DNA from: a virus
Lineage: Duplodnaviria > Caudoviricetes
IMG/VR virus record: IMGVR_UViG_3300020045_003333
Coordinates: 1 to 36,247 of that record
DNA length: 36,247 bases
Strand: one strand, 5' to 3'
In this document: positions 33,316 to 36,247 of the stretch, in pieces
Position numbering within the stretch: position 1 is the stretch's first letter
Layout of the letters: each line of letters opens with the position of its first letter
Made by a program: the position numbers and the translations under genes
Notes under the pieces: model-generated
What the model saw: the letters and a program-made list of their open reading frames with translations, nothing else
Database searches by the model: none
Told to the model about the DNA's origin: nothing

Positions 33316-33902
33316 ATACCAAGTGATTTTTTAGTTACTGGTTTTGCTTTAAAACCGTTATCATTTTTAGACCAGGTTTCCAATCTACGTTCTAAACTCC
33401 AAGTGCTTTGTAATTCTTGCCTGAATTTAGTATTTGATTTATTTGGTTCAGTCCAATATTTGTAAAATTCATTCAATAAATCTTTCCCGTACTTTGGTAA
33501 AAAAGGTTTTAGTGTGTAAGAAAATTTTAATTTTCTGTCATCTATATTATTTTCTTTTTTCTCTTTTACTTGTGCTTTCTCTTTTACTTGTGCTTTCTCT
33601 TTTACTTGTACTTGTAGGGTAGGGGTATCAGTACCCCCTACAGCACCCCCTACGGCAGGGGTTAAAATAATTCCTGTTTTATCCTCATATCCTTTGACTT
33701 GAGAATCTATGCTATTGGTCTGACTAATATAGGCAAACTTTGCCATTCCTTTTAAATTTAATGGTTTAACTCCTAAAAATTGTCTGTCTAATAAAGCATC
33801 TATAAACGCAACTTTATCCTCATTAGATTCAAGTTCATTATAAACATCATAATAAGACCTGAAAAAATTAAACCCTTTTCTTTTTGTTAATTTGACACCC
33901 AT
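33312..33902 (-). CDS. Replication initiator (lambda O-like architecture)
   Basis: N-terminal FNFFRSYYD domain, repeat-containing linker, C-terminal FYKYWTE...W..RL.TW domain. Confidence 0.65.
   Translation of the reverse strand: MGVKLTKRKGFNFFRSYYDVYNELESNEDKVAFIDALLDRQFLGVKPLNLKGMAKFAYISQTNSIDSQVKGYEDKTGIILTPAVGGAVGGTDTPTLQVQVKEKAQVKEKAQVKEKKENNIDDRKLKFSYTLKPFLPKYGKDLLNEFYKYWTEPNKSNTKFRQELQSTWSLERRLETWSKNDNGFKAKPVTKKSLGI
33558..33653. repeat. Direct repeats within the initiator gene (candidate origin)
   Basis: TTTCTCTTTTACTTGTGC x~3 (33558-33609) and ACCCCCTAC x2 (33633, 33645). Confidence 0.6.
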
Positions 33903-33939
33903 AGCTTTACAAATTGTTAATTTTTAATGCAAAAAAAAA

Positions 33940-34092
33940 TCATAACTGAACAAAGGTAACACCGTCAATAATGACCTTTTTTAATTCCCCTGATTCTAAT
34001 CTTTTATAAACAGTTGGCTTCGATAATCCGTAAGCCTTTGAATAGTTTTCAACTGTTTTTAATTTAGTTCTATCTATTTTTAGTACTTCCAT
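33940..34092 (-). CDS. Small HTH DNA-binding protein, 50 aa
   Basis: Hand-translated: TVENYSKAYGLSKPTVYKRLESGEL. Confidence 0.7.
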   Translation of the reverse strand: MEVLKIDRTKLKTVENYSKAYGLSKPTVYKRLESGELKKVIIDGVTFVQL

Positions 34093-34148
34093 TTACTAAT
34101 AGTTAAATTTTACTTCTAATAAAAGCCAAACTTTCATCTGGCTTAATA

Positions 34149-34156
34149 CAAATATA
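34149..34156 (-). promoter_or_regulatory. Sigma70 -7 element TATATTTG upstream of the replication genes
   Basis: TAnnTTTG match, intergenic. Confidence 0.5.
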
Positions 34157-34160
34157 CAAA

Positions 34161-34346
34161 TTAATAATTCATTTCACTCGGAATAATGATAAATTTTTCA
34201 TTACTTATTTCCATTTCAGAATGTGCAATAGCTCGTTTAATAGCGTGTAAACTAAAACGCCTTTTAAAATGCCTTTTTATTTCGTGAGCATTAAATCCCT
34301 CTTGATAGTATAAGTTCTGAATTTGCGATGTGTGGTGGTGTTTCAT
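34161..34346 (-). CDS. Hypothetical protein
   Basis: ORF track. Confidence 0.55.
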   Translation of the reverse strand: MKHHHTSQIQNLYYQEGFNAHEIKRHFKRRFSLHAIKRAIAHSEMEISNEKFIIIPSEMNY

Positions 34347-34732
34347 TCGTAAATATTACCTGTTATTAATAAATCTTCCATATAATTTACAATAGCATCA
34401 TTAGTGAAGATTTTAGATTCAATTACTTTTAAACAAAATCTTGGAGCTTTATAAATTACTTCGTATTTTGCTGTGAATGTTTCTGTACAATCTCTTTCTT
34501 CGCGTTCAACAATATCGCCTTCACAAATTTCAACTCCGTTTTTATCATATAATCCTATGTATTGCATAATTATACAATCTCTAACTTCTGGAAAATCGTC
34601 TTCTACAGGCAACAATAATTCAATTCCTGTGTTTTTAAAATCAAAATACATGTCTTCTACAGGGTTATTTTCAGAATAAAACATTTCAGAAGAATCTACA
34701 TCCCAAGCTCTAAACTTTATTTCTCTTTTCAT
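34343..34732 (-). CDS. YopX family protein
   Basis: REIKFRAWD, MQYIGLYDKNGVEICEGDIV, GNIYE. Confidence 0.9.
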   Translation of the reverse strand: MKREIKFRAWDVDSSEMFYSENNPVEDMYFDFKNTGIELLLPVEDDFPEVRDCIIMQYIGLYDKNGVEICEGDIVEREERDCTETFTAKYEVIYKAPRFCLKVIESKIFTNDAIVNYMEDLLITGNIYE

Positions 34733-34750
34733 AATACTATTTGTTTTAAT

Positions 34751-34774
34751 AACCGCCCGAATTAACGAGCGGTT
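34751..34774 (-). terminator. Hairpin/terminator after the SSB gene
   Basis: AACCGCTCG-TTAATT-CGGGCGGTT on the minus strand. Confidence 0.55.
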
Positions 34775-34783
34775 TGGTTGTTG

Positions 34784-35146
34784 TTAAAATGGTAAATCAT
34801 CATGTTCTTCTTCCTTGAAGTTAGATGAAGGTTGAAATGTTTGTGATGCTGGTTCTTGTTGCGTTGAAGTTTGTTCTAATTTCTCAATGCGCCAACCTTT
34901 AATACTGTTAAAGTATTTGGTTTCTCCTTGCGTATTTGCCCAGCTTCTGCCAGATATATTAATATGCACTTTCAAATCTTCTCCTATTGAAACTTTATCC
35001 AATAAATCAACTTTGTCCTGAACAAACTCTATTAATATCTCGCTTGGATATTGCTCATCTGTCTTTATTACTAATTCTCTTTTCTTGAATGAATCAGTTA
35101 CCTGAATTACATTACTTACTACAATTGCTTTTCCTATTAATTCCAT
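34784..35146 (-). CDS. DUF3127 single-stranded DNA-binding protein
   Basis: FKKRELVI, GRSW, YFNSIKGWRI, acidic DDLPF tail. Confidence 0.85.
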   Translation of the reverse strand: MELIGKAIVVSNVIQVTDSFKKRELVIKTDEQYPSEILIEFVQDKVDLLDKVSIGEDLKVHINISGRSWANTQGETKYFNSIKGWRIEKLEQTSTQQEPASQTFQPSSNFKEEEHDDLPF

Positions 35147-35161
35147 AATCTTTTTTTGTTT

Positions 35162-35395
35162 TTAATTGTTATTTTTTCGTCTTAATTCTCTTAATTGATA
35201 TTCTCTTTCTTGAAGATGTTTTTTAGTTTCCTTTAATGTTTTGTAAAGGTCGTTAAAAGTTTTATCTTCCATATTTTGAGCCCAGTCATTTTCTTCTTTA
35301 GTGATGTTTTTAGAATTAAAAAAACGTTCTTTTATCTCGTTTGGAATTTCATTATATTCTTCCTCACGCATCTTAATAAACACTTCCTTAGACAT
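35162..35395 (-). CDS. Hypothetical protein
   Basis: ORF track. Confidence 0.6.
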   Translation of the reverse strand: MSKEVFIKMREEEYNEIPNEIKERFFNSKNITKEENDWAQNMEDKTFNDLYKTLKETKKHLQEREYQLRELRRKNNN

Positions 35396-36140
35396 TTTGT
35401 AATTCTTTAAGTTTGTTTTCTATTTCTAATACCTGTACTTGAGTAGCGTTTAATTTTCCCTCTTCGATAGCGTTTAAGTTACGCTCTATTATTTCAGCAT
35501 CGCAAGTCAATAGCTTTGTAAATTGCTTATCGTTTAAAGTTGGAACTTTTACAATATCTTCTATTTTAATAGTCGGAACTTCTACAACGGTATGAGTAAT
35601 ATCTTGCGTTTCTTCTTGGCTCGGCATCTCATCAGAAGTATAAGGCATACCTCCTAATTCATCAGAAAAGCACAATCTAAAGCCCTGTGATATTGCAACC
35701 TTTTTAGTCATAAAATTAGCCTTTTCCCAAAATTTTGTAACTACACCGGCTTTAGTTTTTTGCACACATTCATTATAAAATGCTTCCCAAACAAAAGGAT
35801 GTTGTCTATCTTTTCTGTAAATTGTTACAGTAGCTTTTAAATCTCCAGTAGCAACACTTCCAGAAGTTGTTGCACTCCATCCGTCTAAATTACCGCTTCT
35901 TTCAGCTCTTTTAATATAAACTTCATACCCTGTTATAATCGAGAATTGTTTATATTGACCTTCTCCGTAAACGGCACAAAATATTTCTCTTTTAAAAGGA
36001 TTTAATCCGAATGTTTTAGCAATGCTTAAGAATTGTAATTTTTCTTTTTCTTCTAACTTTGGAGCTAACCCCATAACGTCCAAATATTCTATTAACACTT
36101 TGTCGTTAACTTGTTCTGTTGTTGTAATTTCGTTTTTCAT
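35388..36140 (-). CDS. bet: Bet/RecT single-strand annealing recombinase
   Basis: GLNPFKREI, IITGYE.Y.KRAER, MTKKVAISQGFRLCF...GMPYTSDEM. Confidence 0.85.
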   Translation of the reverse strand: MKNEITTTEQVNDKVLIEYLDVMGLAPKLEEKEKLQFLSIAKTFGLNPFKREIFCAVYGEGQYKQFSIITGYEVYIKRAERSGNLDGWSATTSGSVATGDLKATVTIYRKDRQHPFVWEAFYNECVQKTKAGVVTKFWEKANFMTKKVAISQGFRLCFSDELGGMPYTSDEMPSQEETQDITHTVVEVPTIKIEDIVKVPTLNDKQFTKLLTCDAEIIERNLNAIEEGKLNATQVQVLEIENKLKELQNV

Positions 36141-36247
36141 CTTATTTTGTTTTTAATTCATAATTCAATTTCTCATTCTCTTGCCATCTTTTACGGCTAA
36201 TAGCCTCGGACATTTCTAAATCTTTAGTAATCGCTTTCGTGTACCAA
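36127..36247. repeat. Terminal direct repeat (copy of 1-121)
   Basis: Exact identity. Confidence 0.95.

Noticed and set aside
9862-34679. Many + strand ORFs opposite structural and replication genes (e.g. 17137, 18578, 21111)
   Set aside because: Antisense shadows from codon bias of the minus-strand genes

Overview
Apparently complete, circularly assembled (121-bp terminal overlap, ~36,126-bp unit) AT-rich siphovirus genome. The host is probably a Bacteroidota/Flavobacterium, judged from TAnnTTTG promoters, a DUF3127 SSB and gene content. The minus strand carries recombination/replication genes (Bet/RecT, SSB, YopX, O-like initiator with repeats, AAA helicase, RusA, ECF-like sigma), then terminase, tail, head, portal and lysis genes. 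No integrase or other site-specific recombinase is recognisable. The standout feature is a ~6-kb integron-like array (1547-7608) in the + strand early region: 13 attC-like hairpin sites alternate with 12 single-gene cassettes plus one remnant. Each gene's two ends are reverse complements of each other, cassette-specifically, with a mismatch at position 11 in all 12. The attC polarity is inverted relative to the genes: the site lies upstream of its gene and in four cases carries the start codon. A candidate attI-like end sits next to a small RHH gene. Other signals are a thrice-repeated late promoter motif, a -1 frameshift in the tail chaperone, a dnaX-type slippery site in the portal, and an attenuator-like leader on a moron. 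All product calls come from motif recognition by eye, not database searches.
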